A stretch of DNA of 62,127 nucleotides, filler included, from Chiloscyllium plagiosum (lineage: Eukaryota): NCBI RefSeq assembly GCF_004010195.1. It is 3 parts of one record of this genome, joined end to end, with 100 filler letters (N's around TTAATTAATTAA, not from the genome) between each part and the next. Parts side by side here need not be neighbours in the genome. Positions count along the whole stretch, not along the records: positions 18,715 to 49,308 come from NC_057715.1; positions 49,409 to 62,127 come from NC_057715.1; 1 more part is not named here. One strand, 5' to 3'. Every line of letters starts with the position of its first letter. Position 1 is the first letter of the stretch. The notes under the pieces were generated by a model. The model worked only from the letters and a program-made list of their open reading frames with translations, was not told where the DNA came from and did no database searches. Made by a program: the position numbers and the translations under genes. Shown here in pieces: positions 40,305-52,139 of this stretch.

Positions 40305-40583
40305 CATGGAATCCCTACAGTGCAGATAGAGGCCATTTGGCTCATCAAGTCTATACCGACCGTCAGAAAAGCATCCCACCCAGACCCAACCCCAACACCC
40401 CATCCTCATACCACCCATTATCCGTGGCCAACCCACCTGACTTGCACGTCTTTGGACTGTGGGAAGAAACCAGAGCAGCCAGAGCAAACCCACACAGACA
40501 CAGGGAGAACGTTCAGACTCCACACAGCCACCCAAGGCTGGGATCGAGTGCTGTGAGGCAGCAGTGCTAACCACCATGCCACC
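40305..40583 (-). mobile_element. HE1-type V-SINE
   Basis: Reverse-oriented head GCTGTGAGGCAGCAGTGCTAACCAC, V-domain and tail. Confidence 0.85.
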
Positions 40584-42205
40584 CCAAATTGAACTCACAA
40601 CCCCCGGTTTAAAAATCTGGTACTTTAACCACAGGCACAATGGAGCCTGAGACTGAATATTTTCCAATTATAGTTCGAGCCTGCAGTCACCTGCCCCAAT
40701 CCTACCTGAGCAAATCCCTTCCTGAATCACCTCAATTAGCTCCTTCCAAACTGAGCATGTTTATCTTTGATGTGCTGTGAGCTCTTTGCATAATTAATTT
40801 CAACCAAATTATGTTCATTGTAATCCAGGTGGTCTCCTATTCTGAAACATTCCATGTGGCCCTAATTTCACTTCCAAAAACCTTGCTTTAATAGAAACAG
40901 AACATGTTGGAGATGCTCAGCTGGTCAAGCAGCATTGATGGAGAGAAAAACAGAATAAACAATTCAGGTCAATAATCTACATTTGAACACAAAAGTCTTC
41001 ACAGAGATGCTGTCAAACAGAGTATTTCCAGTACTTCCTGTTTCTTTTTCAGAAAGCTGGCATCTGCAATATTTTACTTTTGTATCTGCTTCCTTCCTTG
41101 TTAGATGTGTTAATCAAGGAAGTTCTCCTGTACATTACCCTGAGCACGATGTTTCAGCCAGTCAATACTGAAAGTGAGTCAGTTTTTTATTCACCTCTAT
41201 ACTTTGCCTTCCATTCATCCATTGAACAGTGGATACATATATCTTAAACCACAGAGTATTTGGATTAATTAGTTGATTTACGTTTTGTTGAATTCTTTAT
41301 ATACTTGGCCTTATTCTGTTTGTTTACAATTCACATTGTTTCCCCAAAATATCTGTGACCCCTTACCAGCAGAATTTTACACAAGTTTATGACAGTTTTG
41401 TAATTTCCTTACAATTCAAATTTTTTTTTAATGGGATGTGAGGGTTAATGGTGAGACCAGCATCGGTCGTCCAATCCTAATTGCTCTTGAGAATCCGCAG
41501 AGTGGGAATTGATTCTTCATCAATTATCTTTCTGCAATTTCCTTTCTTAAATCATTAGCAGCTCTGTCTTGAGCTGCCCAGATCCTAAGCTCTGGAATTT
41601 CTTCTCCTTGATCTTCTTCTTTCCGATGCTCCTTAAAACCTCCTGCTTTGACAAAGCTTCCAGTCATGTGTCCCAACCTTTCCTGTATCTCACTGTCAAA
41701 TTCCTGTCTGACCATGCTCCTGTGAGATACCTTCAAATGACTCAATACATTGAAGACATTAAATTAAGTTTTCTGTTTTAACCCGAATTCTTCCACATTC
41801 AAAGGAGCGCTGATATTTTCTTCACCACTGACGAGATGTACTTGAAGTCCTTGAATTCTTTATTTAATCCAATTCAGTGCCATTAACCACTATTCTTGTT
41901 TTTGGCCAGATAATGTCTCAGAATGATAAGTACTCTATCTCCTCCAGCAAAAAATCTTCAGCCCTCCTTCAGAGATCTTCACAATAATTGTAAGGTTTTA
42001 ATGTCTACCATAATCCAAACTGAACTGTTTCTCTTCCGTAAATCAAAGTTTCCACAGAACAGATTTATCTGGCCAGCAGCAACGTTTCCTCACAGATCTC
42101 TGCTTCGAAGTTTTAAAGAACATTGATTTTGAAACTTACCCACTTCTTCTTCCTGGGGTCAAATAATAAATACTGAACAGTCAACAGTATAGTTTACCCA
42201 GGAAT

Positions 42206-42298
42206 GACCTGATGAAGGGCTTATGCCCGAAACGTCGATTCTCCTGCTCCTTGGATGCTGCCTGACCTGCTGCGCTTTTCCAGCACCACATTCTCGAT
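42206..42298 (+). mobile_element. short Penelope pLTR insertion with hammerhead motif
   Basis: Core CTGATGAAGGGCTTATGCCCGAAACGTC. CCAGGAAT is repeated at 42198 and 42299. Confidence 0.75.
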
Positions 42299-43529
42299 CC
42301 AGGAATACAGTTGCCTATTCTGAGCTCTGATTGTCCCTCCAAGAAGCTTTTACAATCTGCCGTTATGTTTCTAACTAATTTGCATTCATATGCTCTTTTC
42401 CTTTTATCAGCTTTTTGGTCCTCTTTCAACAGGTTCTAAATTTCTTCCTATATTCAACTTTTGCAGCATCCTTATAAGCCACTTCCCTTGCAATCGTTAA
42501 CTTCTTTCATTGGCCATGGTTTCTGCTGCTTTCCACTTTGCATTTTTATGCCTAAAGCAAATATACATCTATTGTTGTTCATATAATATTTCTTTCTGTC
42601 CACCATCTAATCTTTTGGTATTTCCCTCATCCATGATAGTAAACCTGCCCCTCATACCTTCACTGATTCCTTTACTCAGATTTAAGATCCCAGTTTCAGA
42701 ATTAATTATATCACATTTAAACTGAATATGAAATTCTGTCATGTTATGTGCACCATTTTCCACACGCTTCGTCGATGGTCACTGTTTCTCAAGATTTATT
42801 AATTAATCCTTTCTCTTTATTTAATACGAAATCTAAACTAAGTGGCTTTTTAATGTATAACTTCAGAAATCCATATTGTACACACTCCATGAACTCATCC
42901 TCCACAACATTAGAGCTGATTAGGTTTACTCAGTCCATATGTAAGTTGAAGTTGCCAATTATTACTGTATTATCGAACTTACATGCTCCTCTCATTTCCT
43001 GATTTAATTCAATCTTTATCTTCTTTCATTAGCTACAACTGCTCTTTCACTCACTCTCCCTCTCCTCCCATGCAGTTGAACCCTGTCTGGTGCCAGGGAC
43101 TATGCTCCTCTGAGGAACCATCACCACTACCAAGATCCAAAATGGAAAAACAATTAGCGAGTGGGGTTGTCTCAAGGTATTCCTGCACTACCTGTGGGGT
43201 TCTCTTACACTGCCTGACAGTTACTCATTCCCTCTCTCCCTAACCTGTGCTGCCAGCAATTCCCTAAATGTAGTTCGCAGCCTCACAGATGTGACAAGTG
43301 ACTCCAGTCACTATTCGAGCTCTGACATCGGGAGCTGAAGATTCTGTGACTGGTAACCTTTCCTGCATATGTGCTTGTCTAGGTTACAGGTAGCATCCCG
43401 GACTTCCCACATGCAATATTTTTACTTGCTGTATTAAACCATGACTACCCAATCACCGTACATGGAGGTAACATTGCTGAGATTCTATCCTCGTGCTCAG
43501 CACCAGATTAATCCAGTCAGATTGAGAAT

Positions 43530-43832
43530 GGGCAGCACGGTGGCACAGTGGTTAGCACTGCTGCCTCACAGCGCCAGAGACCCGGGTTCAATTCCTGCCT
43601 CAGGTGGGAGTTTGCACGTTCTCCCCCTGTCTGCGTGGGTTTCCTCCGGGTGCTCCGGTTTCCTCCCACAGTCCAAAGATGTGCAGGTCAGGTGAATTGG
43701 CCATGCTAAATTGCCCGTAGTGTTAGGTATGGGGTAAATGTAGGGGTATGGGTGGGTTGCGCTTCGGCGGGTCGTTGTGGACTTGATGGGCCGAAGGGCC
43801 TGTTTCCACACTGTAATGTAATGTAATCTAAT
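43530..43832 (+). mobile_element. HE1-type V-SINE
   Basis: Near-consensus head, V-domain and tail. Confidence 0.92.
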
Positions 43833-44866
43833 TAGGGCCTCATGTAGACAGAAACCTATTTAAGGATAAGAAAGTGTATCCTGAACAGTTAGCTATAAAG
43901 TAGAAGATGATTCTTCAGCACCTAACCAACACATCCATCCAACAAAATAAAAATATTCTCTATTTCTCCAGTTCCCACACTCTTAAACAAACATTGTTAT
44001 ACTTCAAAACATGAGTCATTGAACATAAACTCTCTGGAACATCCTGGGAAAGTGATAAGGCGTTTGCAATATCTCTACCTTTCCGCCTTCAAGTCCCTCC
44101 TTAAAACGTTTTGGTCCTGTCCCTTAGGTGCTCGTTAGTAACCAGTGCATGAGAATTCAGAAATGAAGCATCTGGGAATAGTTACTGTTAAAGGAGCTGT
44201 ATAATTGCAGTTTTGTTAAGATAAAACGACGAGTACATGTGGCCATGAGGTTAGTAGATTGGTGTTAAAAATAGCAGCTGATTTATACATGCCGTTGAGG
44301 AAACTGCCTTCCCTGTGCAGTCTGAGAGCCTGAGTTGGATTTAATGGCGGGGACAGGGGTTTTGCCTGCTGTATGCAGATCTAGAGGAAGCCCCAACTTT
44401 CCTCTTTTTGGGTTGACCCACCTCGTCCTTCTGCTGCTCAGGCACTTCACTGAGTAGCAACGAGCCCCAGAGATGCCAGCCATCCAGACGCCAGCAACGC
44501 TACTGAGTGGCAGTGCCATCAGGGAAACAATGGCTGCATCTGCTGCTGCTGCTGCTCTGACCTCCCCCCACTCAAAGGCAATGTCTCGTCACTGGGCTCC
44601 AGTGGGAGAGGGGATTGTAAGATGGTGGTGATGGGGAGATAGAAAAGCACTCAGTCAGCAAAGGAGCAAAGGACTCATACTCCCCATTCCCAACAGCTGA
44701 TCCTTCAATCATGCAGAGTGTCAGTTCAAAACCAGGACTTACCCTGGGAGCCAATAGGGCATGAACTCCCAGGCCTGCAGCTGTTATGTTAACACAGCAA
44801 TAAGTTACACAAGTAATTGGGGTCCGAATTAATTGATTGGGTAAATATGAACAAGGAGCAGTGGGA

Positions 44867-45663
44867 CTGTGAAACTGGAAAGGGTTCAGAAAAGATTTAC
44901 AAAGATGTTGCCAAGGTTGGAGGATTAGAGCTATAGGGAGAGGCTGAACAGGCTGGGGCTGTTTTTCCTGGAGTGTCAGAGGCTGAGGGTGACCTTATAG
45001 AGGTTTATAAAATCATGAGAGGCATGGATAGGGTAAATATCGAAAGTCTTTTCCCTGGAGTGGGGAGTCCACAACTAGAGGACATAGGTTTAGGGTGAGA
45101 AGGGAAAGATATAGGGTGGCACGATGGCTCAGTGGTTAGCACTGCTGCCTCACAGCACCAGGTTCAAGTCCAGCCTTGGGTGACTATCTATGTGGAGTTT
45201 GCACGTTCTCCCCGTGTCTATGTGGGTTTCCTCCGGGTGCTCTGGTTTCTTCCCACAGTCCAAAGATGTGCAAGTCATGTGAATTGGCCATGCTAAATTG
45301 CCCATAGTGCTAAGTGCATTAGTCAGAGGGAAATGGGTCTGGGTGGGTTACTCTTCGGAGGGTCGGTGTGGACTGGTTGGGCTGAAAGGTCTGTTTCCAC
45401 ACTGTAGGAAATCTAATCTAAGCAAAAGAGACCTAAGGGGTAACTTTTTCACACAGAGGGTTGTGCGTGTATGGGATGAGCTGCCAGAGGAAGAAGTGGA
45501 GACTGGTACAATTGCAACATTTAAAAGGCATCTGGATGGGTATAGGAATAGGAAGGGTTTAGAGGGATATGGATCAAGTGCTGGCAAATGAGACTAAATT
45601 AGGTTTGGATATCTGGTCGGCATGGACAAGCTGGACCGAAGGTGCTGTACATCTCTATGACTG
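44867..45663 (+). mobile_element. CR1 3' fragment with a nested HE1 SINE (45114-45421)
   Basis: CR1 sequence GGGAAAGATATA ... AAAAGAGACCTAAGGGG is split by a complete HE1 copy. Confidence 0.88.
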
Positions 45664-45859
45664 ATGAGGGGAAGGATCTGGAAGACTGAGTAGCAAATAA
45701 ACTCGAGCAACAAAGAGAAATGTCATGGCTTCTGTCTCACTAGCTAGCTTGGATCTGGAAGGACATTAATAGAATTTCATTGAAAACTAAGAGTTCTTTT
45801 CAGACAGAGGTTTTTTTATCAGATTTACTTTGAAGTAGAATGGATGAATCCAAGTAGGA

Positions 45860-46125
45860 CCTTCCAACGATGGTTTGTGAAGCCAAACCTTATAATAAAT
45901 GGAAAGATATGAAGCGGATACATGGACATAGAGTAAAACATTACCAGGAAAAACAAATCAAGGTATGGCACCAGTAATACCACCTCACCCTAGAAACAGG
46001 GTCAAGTGGAAGGTATTCTCAGATCGAGCAGCCCAACAATTCGCAACTGAGAAAAGTCTGGGAATTCTACTAAAAACCTGCAGACAAAATGTATAAGAAA
46101 GATCACTTACTAAAGACATAATGGG
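45860..46125 (+). mobile_element. decayed LTR-retrotransposon gag fragment (Copia/GalEa-like)
   Basis: Frameshifted translation KPYNKWKD.EADTWT...QGMA...KVFSD...LGILLK..DKMYKKDHLL. Confidence 0.45.
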
Positions 46126-46555
46126 GAAGACTTTGATAAATATAGAAAGTGAGCTGCTAGCGGAAGTGGTTGAGGTGGGTACATTAACAACAGTTAGAAG
46201 TCATTTGGACAAATACATGGATAGGAAAGGTTTAGAAGAGTATGGGCCAAGTGCAGGGAAACAGGGTTAGAATGGGTGGACGTTTTGGTCAACATGCACA
46301 AGTTTGGGTCAAAGGCCTGTCTCCATGCTGGAGGACTCTATGAGATGGATATTCTATGAAATAACATTTAATGGAGCCTAACAGACCATATGCAAGATAG
46401 CAAAAATTCCATTTGAATATCCGTAATTCAGTGTCTGCTTTTAAATATTTGGACTGTACTGAGGTGGTGAACATGGATGGATTCTTGGAATTAACTGGAG
46501 TTAGATTTTTAGGAAGAAACATGCTTTGTCAGCTATCGGAAGCCTTGTAAAAAAA

Positions 46556-46683
46556 TTCCTGAAGAAGGGCTCATGCCCGAAACGTCGATTCTCCTGCTCC
46601 TTGGATGCTGCCTGACCTGCTGCGCTTTTCCAGCAACATATTTTCAGCTCTGATCTCCAGCATCTGCAGTCCTCACTTTCTCC
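46556..46683 (+). mobile_element. short Penelope pLTR insertion with hammerhead motif
   Basis: Core CTGAAGAAGGGCTCATGCCCGAAACGTC. 13-bp direct repeat TAAAAAAATTCCT at 46548-46560 and 46684-46696. Confidence 0.8.
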
Positions 46684-47105
46684 TAAAAAAATTCCTTGGC
46701 AAGCTTTCATTCCCAGTGGTCTTTATTGCGCAAAAGCTACATTCAGCAGCAGCACAGAGAGGGAGAGGATCAAATTGGAGCAACAATGTGAGTTTGCACA
46801 GACATAGAGCAGGAACTGTCAATACAAAAACAAAATCAGGACTAAAAGGAGTGAGATTGGATATACCCCTGGTAATTAAAACAGATATCGAGAAGTGGGT
46901 AACATTAGCAAAAGAATGAACTCTGTGAATGTTCAGGGTGTGGCAAACAGATGTTGTAGATGGAACTCAAAAACCAATATGCATGAATTGTCTGGTACGA
47001 GAACATTCATACACAATATTTCTTGGAAGATCCTTATTTTGAAGGATTTTAGAAAGATGGATTTAATCCAAATTTTTGGGAATACCTGGAGTGCTTTTTT
47101 TTTAA

Positions 47106-47391
47106 ACACTGCCTCACAGCATCAGGGACCCGGGTTCAATTCCACCCTCGGGCGACCGTCTGTGTGGAGTTTGCACATTCTCCCCATGTCTGTGTGGGTT
47201 TCCTCTGGGTGTTCCGGTTTCCTCCCACAGTCCAAAGTTGTGCAGGTCAGGTGAATTGGCGATGCTAAATTGCCCGTAGTGTTAGGTGCATTAGCCAGAG
47301 GGAAGTGGGTCTGGGTGGGTTATTCTTTGGAGGGTCGATGTGGACTTGTCAGGCAAAATGGCCTATTTCCACACTGTAGGGAATCTAATCT
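47106..47391 (+). mobile_element. HE1-type V-SINE, 5'-truncated
   Basis: B-box GGGTTCAATTCC, V-domain and tail. Confidence 0.87.
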
Positions 47392-48434
47392 TTAAAAAAA
47401 GAATTGAATAGAATAGCCTTTATTGTCCCATATACTCAATGATTATAGTGAAAAGTTTATATGTTGTTGCCACTTAAAGTGTCAACTTAGACACAAAAGT
47501 ACCAAGGCACAGCTTCTTTATTACAAAATCTTAGATAATAGAGAAATAAAATGTTCAGTATTAGAGAAAAGGTTTAGTACAACAGACTATACTGGCACAC
47601 AGCTTCCAGTCCACACTGACCCATGGCCCCACACCATGCTAGTGACACACCATGCTGGGAGGCCATACAGGAGGCCGGAACATACCACACTGGGAGATGC
47701 CTACGGAAGGAGGCTACTCTGCCAGGCTGGGAGGTTGCTATTCCCCACTGGGAGGCCGCTAAGCCAGTCCAGGAGGTCGCCACACTGGGAGGGTAACTGA
47801 AAGGTCACTGTGAACATAAGGCATCCAAGGAATGATGACTGGTGTTTGATCTCTTCCTGAAGCCCACTGATTTTGACCATTGACTGGCTGGAAGGGGCTC
47901 TAGCTTTATCTGATAAGATGGGGGAGGGGGAGAATAAGAGGCCAGCAAGATTGCCCCGCTAATCTGTCCAGGTGCTGCAAGAGCCTTATTGTTAAGTTCA
48001 GAGTGAAATCGATTGGTTACGCTGAATGAATAATGGCAGAAACTTCTTGTAATTCCTAAGCAAGCTGTGACAGACAAGACCCTTAGAGATAACTGTGACT
48101 ACTTAACTGTGACCACGTGTGCCAGAATATCAGGAGCAGTTGATTTTGAAATGTTCTATATTTTATCCTTGAGGCTGCTGTTTTTTTCAGCAAGATAAAT
48201 TCGAAAGAGTAGTACACTTTTTCTTTCCTGAACAGTGAATTTGCTTGTCTTGGGGACATTAAAGGAGATATACATTTATATTGCCAACTGCCCAACTGTA
48301 TATTGTAACCAATATTTTCTTTGCATGAGTTTTTATTTGATAACAAACCAACAACTAAGTTTATTATGAAGCCTAGTTGTTATAAATTCAATACACATTG
48401 AAAAACTGCCTAACTGAACCTATGATTTAGAGGA

Positions 48435-48660
48435 ACCGGTGTTGGACTGGGGCAGACAAAGTTAAAAATCACACAATGCCAGGTTATTGTCCAACAGGTT
48501 TATTTGGAAGCACTAGTTTTCAGAACGCTGCTCCTTCACAGGTGGTAGTGGAGCAGGACCAGAAGACACAGAATTTATAGGAAAAGGGTTACAGTATCAC
48601 GGAGCTGTAATAATATATTAAACAAACTTAGATTAAGTCTGCATCTTTATTATGGGATAT
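48435..48660 (-). mobile_element. family-B Penelope-derived terminal fragment
   Basis: CCGGTGTTGGACTGGGG...CCAACAGGTTTATTTGGAAGCACTAG, as at 21738 and 24780. Confidence 0.7.
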
Positions 48661-49092
48661 GCTGGTATAGGCTGGTTAACCTATATCTAATGGTCTTATA
48701 CCATATGCTCCTGGATGCAATCACCACACCTTGGGCCCCTATTGCTCATTCCCTCACACTCCTTTTCGGTGGTGTGGAGTTTCTCAGTCTTTACTGAGGA
48801 GCTGCCTAAGGAGTATTCTCCAGTGCTCCCAGGATGTTACTGTGATCTAAGACTCAGCATCAAGTGTTCCAGCTGCCTACTGGTGGGAATTAATTTCTCT
48901 GCCACTCTTTCAAGATATGCTGTAGTTCTAATTCATCACTGATTATAGGTAACATTCATTAATAACAGAGAATGCCAGAAATTCAATTAAGCAAACAACT
49001 AATTTGGGTGTATGAAAGATGACAAACATGAATTAAATTATTGTGAAATGTTGTGGCCTTTACTTTGAGATGGAGGATGCCTCTGATGAAAT

Positions 49093-49308
49093 GCCAGACC
49101 ATACAGAACCTCATCACCTCAGGAGATCTCCCACCCACAGCTTCCAACCTCATAGTCCGGGAACCCCGCACTGCCCGGTTCTACCTCCTTCCCAAGATCC
49201 ACAAGCCTCACCACCCTGGCCGACCCATTGTCTCAGCATGCTCCTGCCCCACTGAACCCACCTCTACCTACCTCGACACTGTCCTATCCCCCCTAGTCCA
49301 GAAACTCC
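49093..49308 (+). mobile_element. Penelope-like element reverse transcriptase fragment
   Basis: [28 protein letters not shown] matches the LPKIHK...RPIVS signature of PLE RT. Cut by the join. Confidence 0.9.
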
Positions 49309-49408
49309 NNNNNNNNNNNNNNNNNNNNNNNNNNNNNNNNNNNNNNNNNNNNTTAATTAATTAANNNNNNNNNNNNNNNNNNNNNNNNNNNNNNNNNNNN
49401 NNNNNNNN
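49309..49408. other. artificial contig-join linker
   Basis: N44-TTAATTAATTAA-N44. Confidence 0.95.
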
Positions 49409-50458
49409 CTCGGTTGTCAAGGGACATGGCCCAGTTCTCAAGCTCCGCAAAGGTGACATAGGGCACCAGGCCCGTCCGTAGGACTGCCTGGTGTGCGGGG
49501 CTCAGACCGTCTTTGTATAATTGAATGAATGCAGGGTTCTGCCTATCAGCGTCGGGAACCCCGCTGTGCGCTCGGAATGCCTCAAACTTGCGGACCCCAT
49601 ATTCCTGGGCACACTCCCCAGGCTTCTGAGTGATACCCACAATGGCGTTCCAGTCGACCGGTGTATGGCCGAGCACCTCGCTGACATCAGCCTTGAAGTC
49701 GGCGAGGGCAACCTCCTGTTCGCGACGGTTGTCGCTGAGGTCAGCGCACCAGGACCCAGCCTGGTGCGCGGGCCGGAGCCTGGACCACAGGTTCTCCGGG
49801 AGTTTGGTCCGAACCAGGCCGGCCACGTCCCTAATGTGAAGGTTGTGGCAGATCTGCATCTCCCTAAGTCTCTGCCAAAACTCTGTGTTATTGTGCCGGG
49901 GCTTAAGGGCGGGGAGCCTGTCCAGAAGTTTGATGGTGTCGCCCGGGGTCAGGGAGACATAGGTCATCTTAAAGCGGGGGTTATGGGCAAGGGTCGTGGC
50001 CCGTCCCCTCTCCCCCCCGGGGTATATTCAACTTTCACCGGGGCTGCACGGGCATAGCCCAAGCACGATTCCCGGGGGTCCTGATTGTCCGTGAGCCCCT
50101 CCAAGTCCCAGGTGGGGGACGGCGGGGCGCTGGGTGCGTTGGTTAAGGTCGGTAAAACCGTACGGGCAGCAAGCGCCTGGGCTTCTAGATGCTCTGTGGC
50201 CTGCTGCTTCTTGTCTTGGACATAGAGCTGAACCTTGCCAGCATGCCTGACATGTGCCTGCAGCACCAGGATGCAAGCTTTCTCGTACCTATCTTTCTTC
50301 TGGCGGGCCCACCACTCGTGCTGTACATCCAGCGGGTCAGCGGGCTCCCAGCCTGAGCGAAGCATAGCCTTAATAAGTGTCTTATTCTTGTCGGCTATAA
50401 AACGGGTAAGGGAACCCTCTGGCCCCCAATCTAGGTCTTCGGCCGCGTTCCCACCCAT
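49409..50458 (-). CDS. gag: retroviral Gag (MA-late domain-CA), split by one frameshift between 49964 and 50027, 3'-truncated
   Basis: Kozak CTACCATGG, Met-Gly start, PSAP at 50123-50134, and MHR-like ITQKPGECAQEYGVRKFEAF at 49575-49634 preceded by VDW. Confidence 0.8.
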
Positions 50459-51340
50459 GGTAGGGGCGCAGTGGGTGAAACTTAACAGAAGCTAATTTAA
50501 AATAAAGCTAGCAGGCTTGCTAGGGATGTCGCTGGCACTGGCTTATTAATCTCCCAGTCGGGGAGTCCACCTCCTTCAAGTCGAACCCTAGCCCCGCGGG
50601 TCAACCTGGGCAGAGGGGGAATAGTTACAGACGGGGCGCGTGTCGATTCCCGAGCGCGCAACCCCAGGTTTCCGTGAGTCTCTCTCTCACCGCCTGACGT
50701 TCAGCGGCGGTGTGTACCCCACAAATACTGGGCGTGAACCAGGGGCCCGAGTGCAAGGAGGGGGGGGTGTGAAGTCAGACCTAGTTGCGCCTGATCCTAC
50801 AGAGGCCAATACCTCGGGACCGCGAGGTCAATGGGCAGAGCGTATAACCATCGGTTGGCCCAAAGGCCCCGCATCTCGGGCTGGTTTGGAGGACTTCCCT
50901 TCTTGTAGCGCGCGCGCGTAGACCTCCCAGCCTCTACCGCGTACGCAAGGAAGGCGCTAAAACCGGGCTCAACGTACAATGGGGTCCCCTAACTCCCACT
51001 GCAGAGGTCAACCAGGAAGGCTTGTTTGGTCGGTTTTTAAACAGGGGGGGTCAATCTGTTGGGGTCTTGTACCTAAAGTCGTCGGTCCAAGGATAGTCCG
51101 TCAGTCACAGTAGCACATTGACAATAAATGACAATAATAATCATGCACACTTTTACTAGTGTTCCGCGACCCCAATCGCCCACCCGCGAAGGATCACTCA
51201 GACACACACACTTTTAAAGAGTACTCTACCGTTACACGACTGCCGGACTCACTCTGTTCACAGGTTCAGATATCGGCCGGCAGTGAAGTCCCTTGCGGGG
51301 CACTGGGAGACTTCTATGCGTGAAGTAAAAGAGTAAAGAT

Positions 51341-51350
51341 ACTCACCCAG
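51341..51350 (-). promoter_or_regulatory. putative major splice donor of the ERV
   Basis: CTGG|GTGAGT, about 35 nt downstream of the PBS. Confidence 0.55.
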
Positions 51351-51381
51351 TGCAGTCGCAGGAATCCAGCAGCCGTCGTTA

Positions 51382-51399
51382 ACCAGGATGAAGCCCCCA
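51382..51399 (-). promoter_or_regulatory. primer-binding site, tRNA-Pro-like
   Basis: TGGGGGCTTCATCCTGGT lies two nt after the LTR end ...CTAACA. The canonical Pro PBS is TGGGGGCTCGTCCGGGAT. Confidence 0.7.
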
Positions 51400-51401
51400 A
51401 T

Positions 51402-52139
51402 TGTTAGCGCAGATGAAATGATATCAGTCCGAGCCCAGAGTGCGGTTCAACAATCGGTAACGTTTATTACTGCAGTAATGCCGGCGGAGATCAGCCGAGG
51501 TCCGAATCTCGGCTGCTCTGCTGTTCCCGCGCGCAGCTACATATTATATACTTTTAGTTGTCAGGATGTGTGGGATTTGAGGATGAATGGGATGATAGTT
51601 CCCCATCATCACTGAAGTAGGTGCGAATAGGCTGTTTGCTGCCGTCCTAGGAGAGTTGCAGGGCACGCACAATAGGGTGCTAATTGGTTTATGTAAAACG
51701 GGTCTGGGTATTATCTGCTTGTCTCTCTCTGTGAGGGCAGGGGCTAGCACCCCCCTTTGTTCCCTTGGGGTGTTGGTGTGTATTGGTCTGTCCATACCTG
51801 TCTGGTGGATGCCTGTCCTTTGTGTCAGAATCGCTCTGTATCGATGGGTATGTGTGTGTTTCAGTCAGTCTCTTGATGTGATTAGGAGATGGGTTTCCAT
51901 ATTTAATTAATCCCGGAGTTTTGGCCCATGAGTCATGGGTAATGTTGGTCTCGTGTGGATTCTATTTGTCCTCTGTCTCCTATCTCCCAGTCACGTGGGC
52001 AGACCGGCAGCTGCTGAGTTTTTGTGGGTTTAAAGCTGCGACTGCTGTTTAAAACACAAAAATGAATTCTTATCATTTCCTGATGTAGGCATAGACCCGT
52101 GGCAAATGCGGGGCGGCTCTGATGCCCGCTTGCAAAACA
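51402..52139 (-). repeat. 5' LTR of the ERV (about 738 bp)
   Basis: TGTT...AACA termini, TATATAA at 51544-51550 and AATAAA at 51463-51468. The second LTR is not in the window, so the outer edge is inferred. Confidence 0.72.

Larger units (their letters stand above)
49409..52139 (-). mobile_element. endogenous retrovirus, 5' part (LTR-PBS-leader-gag), truncated by the contig end
   Basis: Ordered LTR, PBS, splice donor and gag. GC- and CpG-rich compared with its flanks. Abuts a LINE fragment at 52140. Confidence 0.85.

Noticed and set aside
49053..49967. Convergent Penelope RT and Gag as one composite element
   Set aside because: They are separated by the artificial linker, and both ORF calls end in linker-derived LIN*.
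49521..50057. 178-aa ORF antisense to gag
   Set aside because: It has no ATG start in the sequence and no recognisable motif. Open antisense frames are common opposite GC-rich coding DNA.
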